Positions 1 to 15,007 are shown, counted from the first letter of the stretch. The stretch is 64,000 nt of DNA from Octopus vulgaris (GCA_951406725.2 OX597817.1:46376001-46440000), one strand, 5' to 3'. Notes: generated by a model not told the origin, from the letters alone. A program made the numbers and translations.

Positions 1-48
1 GAAGAAGAAGAAGAAGAAGAAGAAGAAGAAGAAGAAGAAGAAGAAGAA
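1..48. repeat. (GAA)n microsatellite, truncated by the window edge
   Basis: Perfect gaa repeats at the window start. Confidence 0.95.
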
Positions 49-258
49 AAAAGAAAGAAAGAAATAATGCAATGAAGAAGGCGAAAAAGATGGAGAAGTT
101 TGAAAACAACTACTTGAAGATCGAAACTCATATCAGAGTAACTCACTGTAAATATTATAAAGATTTTAAAAAATTATCTCACCCAAAATATATCTCTACT
201 CATTTTTCCCAAAATATTCATATATATATATATACAAATATATATATATAGATAAATA

Positions 259-332
<74 letters not shown>

Positions 333-1970
333 TAATCATACATATATACATACGCATATACATTGCAAGTGCGTGTGTGTGCGTGCGTGCGTGAGTGTCT
401 GTGCTTGTGTGTGTGTGTGTGAAAGTATGCATGGTTGTAAACTTGAATATTCTTCTGTCAATTTTGACCCAGTACATTAAATGCACCGCCTCATAAAATC
501 TTGTAAGTTACTTCTAAATTCTCTTACGTGTGACCGTGACCGTAGCCCATTCAATGAAGGAATTGTTCTTAGCTAAATCACGGCAACGTATCTTTTGATT
601 ATCTGCTATTTCTTGCGGACATTCTTTCAGGTAACGTTTCAAAGTTACGTATCTTTTTTACTATTATTTCTGAAGAGTGTTAAATAAGGCAGGATTGTTT
701 GAGATAAAATAATTAAGTTGCAGTGTCGTCAGCAGTGGTGAGCTCGATCTGCGTAAAGTGTTTCTACCTTTGGTTAATTTTTAGCCTCCTGCGAAGAAGC
801 TGAAATCAATCCGGATGGTATATTTTGCACATGTTACCAATAAGATAACAACCAGTGTGGCATTGTGGACAGTAATGTCTGTGTATTTTGAGACAATTTC
901 ACTAAGCAAATATTGCCATTTTAGGTTTTTTAATTTCTTTTTTCCATGTTCCATTGTTATTCCGTATGGCCCTCCCGTAATAGATAATACGAGAATTGAT
1001 TAAATTTAGGGGTGCAGGAGGGATTCAAGCAAGCTACCTTGAAAGGCGTTCATTATTTGAATCATACCAAACAATTCAAATTTGTTTCTCTCGAAATCCG
1101 CAATGATTATTAGCTTCTTTCTAGAATGTGCATATGCGATTAGAATTGCCCAGGTATCTGAGACAGTACGAGTGTTTTTTGAAAATGAGTTGACTATCAT
1201 TTCTTGTAGATCAAGCGACAATGATGCTTCTTCCTCATTTAAATAATTTAGCGATTTATTACAGACAACGGTAGACTAAAAAATAAGTATATATCTGAAA
1301 AAATAAGTAGTGACTGCCTTATACAAAGCGGCTAGAAGTGGCTTCCCTCTTGAGTCAGAAGTTTAAAGGTATTTTGTATTACTACAAGTGCAGTCGTTAA
1401 TATTTATTTATGTATATATGTGTATATATATGTGTGTGCCTATATACATACATACCGACCTAGATACATACACATACGTATACATATATACATATATATA
1501 TGCATATATATAGAGAAATATAAACACATATGCATGTATATATACATATATAGTTATAATTTTCTTTTGACACACATAGAGAGCTTAGAAGTACTCAAGT
1601 CGAACCTGAGGCGATATAAAAGTAAAATGGATACAATAGTAAAAGGTCAACTCAGGCAAACAATGGTTAACACCTATCCGTACGGGTTTCATAATGATAA
1701 AAATATGAATTGTCCAAGCTTAAACACATATACATATATATATGTGGGAATATATAAATATAATAATAAAAACAAAATAATATTGATATATAATGGACAT
1801 ATAAACATAATAATAATGGAATAAAGATAATGTTTTTTAAATTAAAGTATGGCATCGAGAAAATAATAGGCATTCAAAGGAGTTTGGGTTACATGTTCGA
1901 AGAAAATAAAGAATTCCAACGATCTAGGGTTTATCATATATATATATATATATGTATGTATGTATACATA

Positions 1971-2153
1971 TACCATAACTTAACGTGTATAAGGAACCCT
2001 ATTTTTGTTAAAAATTAGGTTTAAAAAATATGGGAGCTTTGTATACATGGATAATATTGTAATCCCTTACGAAACTTTATTTCCCAATTTTAAGCCCTAA
2101 AATTAGTGGGCGCCTTATACTCGAGGATTCCTTATACACTTTAAATTACAGTA
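1971..2153. mobile_element. pogo/Tigger-like MITE (coordinates include the TA TSDs)
   Basis: Imperfect ~30-bp TIRs: taccataacttaacgtgtataaggaaccct on the left versus reverse complement tactgtaatttaaagtgtataaggaatcct on the right; TA at both ends. Confidence 0.65.
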
Positions 2154-2179
2154 TATCTTAAATTCGATTAGAGTAATTA

Positions 2180-4135
<1,956 letters not shown>

Positions 4136-4519
4136 TCATATGAAAACGCGTTTAAATGAAAATGTGAAACTCTTTATAGATTTTTATGTATGTCAACGAA
4201 ACAATAGAAACTCCATCTGATCGGCACGTTTATTTACTTAACAGGTAATGTTTATATTTGATGTATTTTTCAATTTTCATTGTGCTTACGGCACTTTATC
4301 ACTCCGCTGTGAGTTAGAAAATAGAATATTTTATTGTTGTGAGTAATCTTCACACACTAAAAAAAAAATTGCTACACACAATGAGCATTTACTGTTGTTG
4401 TTGCTGTTATCAATATTGTATTTGGTTATATCTTTGCTTGAAGGTGTTTCGATTACTATTAATGCAAGTTCCACTTTCTTCTTCATATTCTTAATCTTCT
4501 ACTTGTTCTTCATCATCAT

Positions 4520-4730
<211 letters not shown>

Positions 4731-4747
4731 TTATTCTAATTATGAAA

Positions 4748-4960
4748 GCAGCGATATGGCTGACTAGTTGAAGCGTTGGAATAATGCTTAGCGGCATTTC
4801 TTCTAGTGTATTACGTTCTCAGTTCATATTCCACCGAGGTAGACTTTGCCGTTCTCCATTTTGGGGTCGATAAATTAAGTACCATTACAGCACGAGGGCC
4901 GATGTAACCAACATCGTACCTATCCCGAAATGTCTGGCTATGTATAAAATTTTGAAACAA
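4748..4960 (+). mobile_element. Old tRNA-derived SINE, family A variant
   Basis: Diverged match to the family A body (aatgcttagcggcatttc...acgttctcagttc...ttggggtcgataaattaagtacc) with the alternative tail ...aaaattttgaaac. Confidence 0.7.
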
Positions 4961-4961
4961 T

Positions 4962-5024
<63 letters not shown>

Positions 5025-5521
5025 GAGTGAGAGAGCAGTTCATGCCATCAAAGTGACACTGGGGTAAAATATACGAAGCCCAATATACCCATCATGACTA
5101 CCCGTCTGATAAAGGTACACCAGGCACATGCATCACAACCATATGTGCGCGACATGGTGATCTCATATCAAGGTAAACAGCACATGACCTTGCAGGTGGG
5201 GCCCAGTTAGAATTTTCTTCATGTTGAGTAGCCCATCCCGCTCAAACGGTCCCTGAATAAGGGTTGTTTAAGGATGTTGAAAAAACCACCCATGTTTCCA
5301 GAGGTGAATTATTCAAACCCCAAAGAATCCCTCTCAACACATGGCTATGATACTCCCCCGCTACTTCTGCTCGTGATCAGAGATGCACATATCGTCAGCC
5401 ACTAAGGGACATGCTCAACTGGTTAAGGTCAAGCAACTGACAAGCAAATCTGTGGTATTGAGCAGAATATTTGCTGTAGCCCATCTTTTATACCAAGACA
5501 AAACAATGTACATGATAACAC

Positions 5522-5522
<1 letters not shown>
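5025..5522 (-). mobile_element. ~500-bp non-coding insert between (TTA)n arrays; probable 3' end of an R4/Dong-type element or a SINE that depends on one
   Basis: Balanced-GC segment bounded on both sides by pure (TTA)n, like the adjacent RLE retrotransposon fragments. No ORF support, so identity and strand are inferred. Confidence 0.45.
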
Positions 5523-5576
<54 letters not shown>

Positions 5577-5590
5577 CATCATTATTATTA

Positions 5591-6360
5591 TGTTCAACTT
5601 TTGCTTTGTATCTGCACAAAGACCTCGAGAGACAATAAGTTAGAAGTCCATGTAGGTATTATGCCTAGGGTGTCATATATTTGGTTTTGTACATAGTATT
5701 GTTCTAGAGAATGTTTAAGTAACCATAAGAAAATTATGAGTTTGTTTTAAAATTTGAGATTACATAGACAGTATTTTACGTAGGATATGGGCAGTTCCCA
5801 TGAGCACTGTCTTTTGAATTTCTGCCGTTTTGTGGTTTTCTGTTATCTGAGCAAGGTAGGAATCTGCCCCTTTTGCTATCATTCCTTCGTGACATTTAAC
5901 AACAGGTATTGTTTTTGTCTTCAGGTTCCACATTTTGCCAATTTCTATTTCAAGATCTTTATACTTGCTCAGTCTTTGGAACGTCGTAACAGATACACTT
6001 ATGTCGATTGGGACAGTCATATCAATGAGGAGGCATGATTTTTGTTTGAAGTCTTGGAATATAATGTCGGGCTTATTCGCATCTATCTTTCTGTCAGTTT
6101 GAATGGCGAAGTTCCAGAGCAGTGAGATGTGATCATTTTCAAACACTGGAGGTATTTTGTGTCCCAATCAGTTTTTATCATGGGGCAGGTCCAGGTTTTC
6201 GCAAACTCCCCAGTGAATATATTGTGCAGCTCTATCATGCCTGTTGAGATACTCTGTAGGTGCAAGAAAACTGCACATGGAGACATGATCAATGGTTTCA
6301 TTTTGTTGTTGATGTACACGAAATGTTGGGCTACTGCCGTTTTTAATAAGCTGGTCTGGT
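5591..6360 (-). mobile_element. 5'-truncated R4/Dong-like non-LTR retrotransposon (RLE domain plus 3' UTR), frameshifted
   Basis: ORFs 6168-6395 and 5760-6167 give ETIDHVSMCSFLAPTEYLNRHD...LLWNFAIQTDRKIDANKPDII...LIDMTVP...KYKDLEIEI...GTAHILRKILSM: degenerate CCHC knuckle, RHD and PD-(D/E)xK restriction-like endonuclease motifs. Flanked by (TAA)n. Confidence 0.88.
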
Positions 6361-6391
6361 ATTATTATTATCATTATTATTATTATTATTA

Positions 6392-6452
<61 letters not shown>

Positions 6453-6547
6453 TACTACTACTACTACTACTATTATTACTACTACTACTACTATTACTAA
6501 TACTACTACTAATACTACTACTACTAATACTACTACTACTACTACTA
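6361..6547. repeat. (TTA)n/(TAC)n microsatellite
   Basis: Directly visible. Confidence 0.9.
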
Positions 6548-6760
6548 AGGTGGCGAGCTGGCAGACTCGTTAGCACGTTGACAAAATGCTTAGCTGAATT
6601 CTGTCCGTCTCCACGTTCTGAGTTCAAATTCCATCGAGGTCGACTTTGCTTTTCATCCTTTCGGGGTCGATGAATTAAGTACCACTCAATTACTAGGGGT
6701 GGTGTGATCGACTTTCCCCATCCCCCAAAATTTCTGGCCTTGTGCCTGTAGTAGAAAGGA
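6548..6760 (+). mobile_element. tRNA-derived SINE family A (alternative tail) inside a trinucleotide array
   Basis: ggtggcgagctggcagactcgttagcacg head, gagttcaaattc B-box-like motif, ctttcggggtcgat core, tail ggccttgtgcctgtagtagaaagg. Confidence 0.85.
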
Positions 6761-6789
6761 TTATTATTATTATTATTATTATTATTATC

Positions 6790-8497
6790 ATTGTCATTTA
6801 CTTTTAATCTGCATGTTTGATGCAATCACTTGCCGGAGTACACCCAGCGCCCTAGGGCAAGTGAAGGTTAAGAGTTGTTGAAATATAGCTGAAAGCTTGG
6901 GGAGGGGAAGTAGATATATATCTCCATGTAATGCAAACACAAATATTTACATTGATAGGGTTTTTCTAAGGATGTGGGCAGTACTTGTTAGCACAATCTT
7001 TTGGATTTCCTTGAGACATGGTTTTCCAGGGATATTGTCTAGGTGTTTCTGACATCCCTTTTTTATCATACCTAGGGCACCTACAATAACAGGAACAGTT
7101 TTTGTTTTAAGATTCCACATCCTCTGTATTTCGATTTCCAGGTCCTTATATATACTAAGTTTGTCAAATTCCTTGACAGATACATTTTTATCAGTGGGGA
7201 CGCTTACTTCTATTAGTCTGCAGGTATTTTCTTCCCTGTCTTTCAAAATTATGTCTGGTCGATTAGCCTTGATCGTTCTGTCAGTGTTGACTGGAAAATT
7301 CCAGAGGATGGTGACATCTTTACCTTCAACAACTGGCTGAGGATGGTGTTCATACCAGTTAGCAGGAGTGTCGGATTTGTAGTGTTTACATATCTTCCAA
7401 TGTATATACTGTCCTACCCTATCGTGGCGATTTTTGTATTCGTTTGGTGTCAGCACAGGACATCCCGAAACGAGATGGTCTATTGTTTCGTCAAATGTGT
7501 CACAGAATCTGCATTTAGGGTCAGTACCGTTTCGGAGAACGTTAGCCTGGTAATTTCTGGTAAACAAGCTTTGATCTTGTGCTGCCATTATGAAGCCTTC
7601 AGTCTCTGCTTTCAATCCAGAGCTCTTCAGCCACTGATGGGTTGTTGCTTGGTCTACATCAGCATTTTGGCTTCGGAGAATATATTGTCCATGCAGGGGC
7701 TTCTGGCTCCACCGCCTCTCAATTTGATTCTGCCCGTTCTTTTTTGCAGTCTGCTTGATTCGCTTTGCTTGCTTGGTAGCAGTGGTTTCCGACTCTTCAT
7801 CTGATTCAAGGTTAACGTCTAGTTCCCTTTCGAACTTATAAGCTTCCTTGACAATAGAATGCAGCTTTTTGCTGCTTTCGTGTTCGCACACAAGTCGCAG
7901 CATCCAGTCCTTTGTACTAGATAGGTACCTGTTCATTCCTACAGTAGAGGTCTTATAGCACAGCTCTAATTGCATCATTCCTCTCCCCCGCTGCTTCTAG
8001 GTAGGTACAAGCGGTCTACATCTGCCTTAGGGTGGTGCATGCTCTTGGATGTCAGTAACTTTCTTGTCTTCCTGTCCAAGCGTTGGAGTTCCGTAAGGTT
8101 CCAGTTAATGATGTTAAAACTGTACTGGACTACTGGAAGTGCCAGGGTGTTAATGGCCTCAATGCAATTTTTGGAGTTGAGTTCAGTCTTCAGTACAAGC
8201 CTTATTCTCCTATAATATTCCTTTCTTATCTTTTCCTTCATAGTAGCATGATGTATACCATCTCCTTCGTTGATTCCTAGGTATTTGTAACTTTCCTGTG
8301 GGTCAAGTTCCTTGATGGTAGTGTCAATATCTAATTTAACAGAAGCTGTTTGCCTGAGCTTGCCTCTTACAAAAGTTGCTTTAGCACACTTATCAAGGCC
8401 AAAATCCATCCCGATATCATTGCTAAACTCTTTAACAGTTGTTAGTAGCCCTTCTAGCTCTTGGTCATTCCTGGCAAACAGCTTTAGGTCGTCCACC

Positions 8498-8500
<3 letters not shown>
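6790..8500 (-). mobile_element. 5'-truncated R4/Dong-like non-LTR retrotransposon (C-terminal RT, thumb, CCHC, RLE, 3' UTR)
   Basis: Starts at the RT catalytic motif (xDDLKLFA...FGLDKCA...YKYLGI); frameshift near 7978; then CRFC...ETIDHLVSGC, RHD, RPDIILKD, IEVSVP, YKDLEIEI. Both ends abut (TAA)n. Confidence 0.92.
6947..8496 (-). pseudogene. Disrupted RT/RLE polyprotein of the R4/Dong-like element (ORFs 7975-8496 and 6947-7978)
   Basis: Two consecutive ORFs of 173 aa and 343 aa with RT and RLE motifs, joined by one frameshift; no N-terminal half. Confidence 0.88.
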
Positions 8501-8560
<60 letters not shown>

Positions 8561-8584
8561 CATTATTATTAATATTATTATTAT

Positions 8585-8650
<66 letters not shown>

Positions 8651-8707
8651 CACTACTACTACTACTACAATTATTATTATTATTATTATCATTATTATTA
8701 TCATCAA

Positions 8708-8752
<45 letters not shown>
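8501..8752. repeat. (TTA)n-(TAC)n-(TCA)n compound microsatellite
   Basis: Directly visible. Confidence 0.9.
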
Positions 8753-8753
<1 letters not shown>

Positions 8754-8974
8754 GGCATAATTATTTGACTAGCGAATTGAACTATGGCTTTGTTCTTGAT
8801 ACTTCTGATACTTCCACAACCTACCGGTTTCTGCGCAACAGGATATATGAATTTCAGCACACGTGATTAACATAGAATTCCACTGATGAAAGCATCACAT
8901 AAGCACAGACCTCAATGAGCATCTGCCAAAAACAGGAGCACAATGTATCCGGAAATAAAATAGATTATATATAC

Positions 8975-9014
<40 letters not shown>

Positions 9015-9015
9015 T

Positions 9016-9782
9016 TCAACAATTGAGGGTAAAATTAATTAATTATTAATCAATTTCACCAAGTGTTCAGTATGCAAAGGGACCATTTAAGGCGAATTCA
9101 AATTATTACATTATATAAAAGGGCTTAGTAAAATAAATTACTTTGCCGCATACTGAACTCATTAGAAATAGCAGCTAAAAAACTTTTTTAAAGCTATTTC
9201 TAATACTTAAAGAAAATCTCTCTCATATATAGTGTTTGCTTAATTCAACTCACAAAAGTTTGGGGGTAAGGACATTAAAAAATCAAATGCTAAGGTTATT
9301 TGAGAACGTACGTTTCAAGATTAGTCAAAACAATGTTGAAATTATAATTAATCTCCCTCTAATTAATGCTTCGGATTTTACCGAAATAAGCATAGCGTTT
9401 GATGATTTTAACCCACGCTGGTGGAAAGGGGAGAACAGAAATTCTTCGCTTGCTTATTTGGGTTTGTTGGCACTGTTAGTTACGAGCGGATCTTCGAAAG
9501 GGTATGTTCTTACTTTCAGTGTTTCCAAATCCAAACCAAGGAGTTTCTGAGCTGATGATAGAAATGTTGTTTTGACTAATCTTGAAACGTACGTTCTCAA
9601 ATAACCTTAGCATTTGATTTTTTAATGTCCTTACCCCCAAACTTTTGTGAGTTGAATTAAGCAAACACTATATATGAGAGAGATTTTCTTTAAGTATTAG
9701 AAATAGCTTTAAAAAATTTTTTTAGCTGCTATTTCTAATGAGTTCAGTATGCGGCAAAGTAATTTATTTTACTAAGCCCTTT

Positions 9783-9790
<8 letters not shown>
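9016..9790. mobile_element. Inverted pair of Penelope pLTR-like repeats between (TA)n arrays
   Basis: Arms 9110-9333 and 9567-9790 are near-perfect inverted copies (one mismatch seen). Hammerhead-like core at 9548-9599. Segment 9020-9180 resembles 28140-28330. Confidence 0.6.
9548..9599 (+). ncRNA. Minimal type-I hammerhead ribozyme-like motif (stem II weak)
   Basis: tgag-CTGATGA-(25 nt)-GAAAC-gtac-GTT-ctca: stem I tgag/ctca, palindromic stem III ACGTACGT. Confidence 0.5.
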
Positions 9791-9833
<43 letters not shown>

Positions 9834-9899
9834 CATATATATATATGTATGTATTTATGCATGTATGTATGTATGTATGTATGTATGTATGTATGTATG

Positions 9900-9956
<57 letters not shown>

Positions 9957-10107
9957 TTCGATTTTCTACTGGCAAATTATCAAACTGCTCCAGTTTTTTG
10001 TTTCTTTCTATAATGGTACGCTTCTGTTAACTATAGTTATCTTAAACACGTTTCACTAGTCGTGTGATGCTTGGCAAGATTTTGTTGTCGCGGAAGTCGT
10101 GGTACAG

Positions 10108-10108
10108 G

Positions 10109-10153
<45 letters not shown>
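10108..10153. repeat. (GTT)n microsatellite
   Basis: Directly visible. Confidence 0.9.
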
Positions 10154-10173
<20 letters not shown>

Positions 10174-11927
10174 GAGATTGTGGTTGTTGTCGCTACTCTC
10201 ATCGTCGTCGTTGTCGTCGCATTTGTTTTCGCGGATCATGCTGTTAATATCCGTGTTAGCCATTGTCATTTGATATTCTGATTTCAACTGCTGCTCTTCA
10301 TGGAAGTTGTGTATCGACACCATTTTCGTCGCTTTGGTGGCTTTTTGTTTTTGGTCTTATTTTGGTCTTTATTTTTCTTTTTTGTTGTTTTTTGTTTCTA
10401 CTTCTTTCTACTTGTTCCTAATGTTGTTGTATTTGCGAAACTACATTGATATTCATATTTGTAATGCTGTTGCTAGCTTCCAAAGTTTTTAGCGTTGCAT
10501 TTAATACCACTTTCGTTCTAATCATGTTCATCTTCTAATTGTTGTTGCTTTGTTTCATTGATGTCCTTTATGAAACTGATCTTTGTTTTGCTGTTTTTAT
10601 TTTTGTTGTTGCTATCATTCATTTTTGCCCTTAATTTTTTCTCTGACATGTGTACTACTCTTTTCACATTAGCTCTAGTTATAGCGGGGTTTTTTTTTCA
10701 CTTTTTTCGTAATTGTCGCTATTCTTTCTGATGAGGAGGATAAAGATAATGATAATAAAAAGGAGGAAGAAGAGTAGGGGAATAAGGAAGCTAGATGAAC
10801 TGACCTCGTGTGCCGCAGTTTGATGACCTTGACCTAGATGATTACACCAGAAGAAAACGGAAGAACATTGCACAATTGTCTTCGCATCTCTTGGAGAATT
10901 TTTTACTAATCATAATCTGGAATATAAGATAACTAATACCAGCATTTATTGTTAAGTGACTGTTTATAAATTTTAACTGTTGTGCTTCGTATTAATATTA
11001 ACGCGTACGTTCTTTTCTCCTCTGTCAGGAAGTGAAAATTGTTGAATTTTGGATTTGTGACTCGATATAACCGTCAAACTGGAGGATGGCAGAAATAATT
11101 TTATCGCAGTTTGGTATAAACTTGTTCGTAACTTCATTATATTTCTTATTCTGTGTTGTTCTTTATACGAAAAGGGATTTGTCGATACCAGTTAACTTTT
11201 CAATGTATTTCTGTTCCTCTTACACCAGGTTACGTCAAAAACAACTTAGAACCATTGTGTTCGCCGGCACAACGAAAGAAATTGTGGATTATCTTCGAGA
11301 TACTGCTCCGAATATTGAATAAAAATGAACCTTGTATATTCTTCATCATTTATTTTAACATGATTTTATTTACTTTTTATATAAAAAGATAACCTGAAAA
11401 TAAATTGGAAATGTATTTAATTTATAAAAGCAATTAGTTCTTATTTTGAAGTGATAATAACTTGTCTAAATAAATTAATAGACATTAATTCCGATATAAT
11501 TCTTTGCTTTTCTACGAGTTTCTTTTAAGAAGTATGTTGTTGAAGAATTAGAAATAGGTATGTGTATATGAACGTGTCTATGGATGTGTGGCTTTGTGGA
11601 AGTGTTTATTTGCACGTGAGTTTAAAGGTATATAAGTTAGAGGTTAAGGGTTTTGCTTCATGAACACAAAGTTGTGGGATCGGTGTATTTATTTCTTTCA
11701 AGCAACATTTTAAAAATATTTTCCGATGTACCAGTCTGCTCAGCTGTAATAAGTACCAAGTGTGTACTGAGGCAGTCTTCTCTTCAGCTGTCATTTCCTT
11801 GATATTCGACGACATCAATGAATTAGCGCTGCGCTTATACCAAAGGACATCAGATCTTGGAGTGGACAAGCGTGCTGTTCAAAAGCTATGCTTTATAAAA
11901 TTATCGTCACAGCATTTAATTGCATCG

Positions 11928-12237
11928 TGAAGGCACAATGACACAGTGGTTAGGGCAGCAGAATTGCTGGAGGATCGCGGTTTCGATTCCCAGACCGGGC
12001 GTTGTGTGTGTTTATTGAGCGAAAACACCTAAAAGCTCCACGAGGCTCCGGCAGGGGGGAGGGTGGCTACCCCTGTTGTACTCTTTCGCCCCAACTTTCT
12101 CTCACTCTTTCTTCCTGTTTCTTGAGTAATGCTGCGATGGACTGGCGTCTCGTCTAGCTGGGGGAACACATGCACCACAGAAACCGGGAAACCGGGCCGA
12201 TGAGACTGGCTAGGCTTGAAAAGGGCGCATAAATAAA
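11928..12237 (+). mobile_element. tRNA-derived SINE, family C head with a Meta-domain-like tail
   Basis: Head ggcacaatgacacagtggttagggcag...ggtttcgattcccagaccggg matches 18847 and 39199; 3' part gctgcgatggactggcgtctcgtctagc...gaaaccggg matches the tail at 20600-20705. Confidence 0.8.
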
Positions 12238-12450
12238 AAAATAATTAATTGCATCAAGAGACATTTAAATAACATGCAGATAATGTGGGTTAAATAATGT
12301 TTAGAGCCAACAATAATATTTAATCAATTGAAGTAAAACTCATCCTAATATTACTGAACATTCTCACCAAAAGTATTAAGAGAGTAAAACCCCGAGTTAA
12401 AGTTTCTTATATTTTAAATGCATGTATACAGTCTTAGTATATTAGGTGAT

Positions 12451-12488
12451 ATTGACACGTTTCGGTGTTACTAAACCTCTTCAGTAAT
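12451..12488 (-). ncRNA. Hammerhead-like core (degenerate stem I)
   Basis: Reverse complement reads CTGAAGA-GGT(ttagtaac)ACC-GAAAC-gt-GTC. Confidence 0.35.
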
Positions 12489-12867
12489 TTAGATCCCCAT
12501 ATCTATTTATCAGACCACTGAAGCGACATAATAATTTTTCTTGAAAATAATTGATTTGTTAGCAACATTTAAAACATAATATTCGAATCTTTTTCAGGTA
12601 TGTCGTCTACAGAAAAATACGTAGTTAAATTATTCTTAATTTACTAAGTCAAAATGAATGTTTAATGAATTGGAATTACGCTCGTAATTAAAAGAAATGT
12701 CATTAGCGCTAATGACAATTCTTATATTTTTCATGTTGTAATTGCTTTCGTTGCTGTCAGCTGCCTCCACCTTCTGCAGCCTTCTCATCCGGCACCTCTC
12801 TTAAATTTTCTTTGTCATTTGCTAGTATCATCTTCCACAACATAACCATTTGCTTAACTACAGATGT

Positions 12868-13026
12868 TTATTCAATCCAATGGCTCCATAAAAAGAAAGC
12901 TTTTATTAATGATAAAATAAATCATTTTTAACTTCATCAATACCATCATCATCATCATCATCATTTATCATCATCATCATCATTTAATATCTTTATCATT
13001 GTATCATTTTCTTCTTCTCCTTCTCC

Positions 13027-13057
<31 letters not shown>

Positions 13058-13346
13058 CATTATTGATACTAATACTACTACTTTTACTACTACTACTACT
13101 ACTACTTTTCTACTACTACTACTTTTACTACTACTACTACTACTACTAAGCATATAGTGCTTTTTATTCAGTCCAATGTCTCCATAAAAAGAAAGCTTTA
13201 TTAATGATAAAATAAATCATTTTTAACTTCATCAATACCATCATCATCATCATCATTCATCATCATCATCATCATTTTAATATCTTTATCATTGTATCAT
13301 TTTCTTCTTCTCCTCCTCCTTCTTATCATTATTATTATTATTATTA

Positions 13347-13401
<55 letters not shown>

Positions 13402-13559
13402 CATTATTATTATTACTATTATTATTATAATGGATAGATGAATGGATAGATAGATAGATAGATAGATAGATGGATATATAGATGAATGGATAGATAGATA
13501 GAGGGATAGATAGATGGATGGATAGATAGATGGATGGATATTATTATCATTATTATCAT

Positions 13560-13600
<41 letters not shown>

Positions 13601-13615
13601 AGCATACAGTGCTTT
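12868..13615. repeat. Tandem duplication of a microsatellite-rich unit (~12868-13163 and ~13164-13615)
   Basis: Shared unique anchors: ttattca(a/g)tccaatg(g/t)ctccataaaaagaaagc, atatctttatcattgtatcattttc and actaagcata(t/c)agtgctttt. Confidence 0.8.
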
Positions 13616-14227
13616 TGGCATAACTTTTTGGTTTGTTTTCTGCTTTAAATTCTCTAGTCCCATGCCATATTGATTGTTACAAGCTCCAGTGTTTCTTCTT
13701 CTCCTTTTCTAGTTCATCCTCTTCATCTTTTTTCCACTTGCATTAGATTTCTTCACGGCGTTAAATATCTATGTCAAAAGTGTCAGTATTATTTATAAAT
13801 TTTGTCTTCTTTTATAACTCGGTATGTTCGGTGTTGGTAGTATGATAGTGTTTGCGAGGTGGGCGAGCGGGGATGAGGGAGCTTCCACTTTCAACAGTAA
13901 TATACTAATTATACCTAAATGAAAGTCGTTTTGTTATTTCACTGTTAGTTCCCCTATTTTCTGATGTTGTTTTATTCACTCACCTGTTTGTTTATCGATT
14001 AAATGTATTTATTTATGAACTCATTTACGTCACTATGTCCTATTTTCATGTGAAGGAGAAAAAACACGCGTTAAATATCAGGTTATTGGGTTCGAATTAT
14101 TTTTTTTAGATCCTATATTTAATGGCTTAATTGCTGTCGTCTCCAATTGCATACATGCATACGTACAGACAGAAGCATACGCTTACATAGAGGCGAACGC
14201 ATACGTATACATATATACATATACATC

Positions 14228-14632
14228 CTATCCTTGTACATTGAGAGCTAACTATACCATATTTTCAAGTCATTATTTGACATATTTGATTGAACCAGTC
14301 CTAATATTGGTTTCTGAAAGAATAAAATGCAAAATTATAGGTAAACGAGAGGCGAAGTAAATATACAGCCTTTGGACTATTCTGTCGACATATTTTTTTT
14401 ACAGCGAAACGCAATACGCATTTGTGTTTCGTATTTTTATCCTTGTACATAGAGAGTGAATTATTTTAAGTCATTATTTGACATATTTGGGATTGAACCA
14501 GTCCCAATATTGGTTTATGAAAGAATAAAATGCAAATTTATAGGTAAACGCGAGGCGAAGTAAATATACAGCGATTGGACTATTCTGTCGACATACTTTT
14601 TGCATAGCGAAACGCAATACGCATTTGCGTTT
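14228..14632. repeat. ~209-bp tandem duplication
   Basis: tatccttgtacat...ggactattctgtcgacata...gcgaaacgcaatacgcatttg occurs twice in direct orientation. Confidence 0.85.
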
Positions 14633-15007
14633 TGTGTTTTTAATAACATAGACAAAGTTAATATCAGATAGGTTTTAAATATTTATGTAAATTATAACCA
14701 GAATTTCATTGTTTAATGATCCGTACAATATCTACTGTATAGAAATTATTACGATACTCTGGATGCAAAAATAATTGAAGAGGTTAAAATTTCCCTTCAA
14801 AAGTGAACAGCAAGCACTCGAAAGCCATGGAAAAAGGGCAAAAGATTTTTGTATTTATTATATAATGAAATAAAAGTAACGTAGTAACGTTCTCATAGAA
14901 AGAAAGAAAAAAACCATGAGAACATTAGCGAAATGTATATAATGGTCAATGTGCGTGTATGGATAAATGAAAGTTGAAAAAATGATAATGGCATAAATAT
15001 GTTTACC

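Noticed and set aside
9236-9664. Two opposite-strand ORFs with an identical N-terminus
   Set aside because: An artefact of the inverted repeat; both start at TTG and have no recognisable domain.
11010-11322. Polypyrimidine tract plus AG acceptor followed by a 78-aa ORF (possible host exon)
   Set aside because: No recognisable protein similarity or partner exon; it cannot be supported without RNA-seq.
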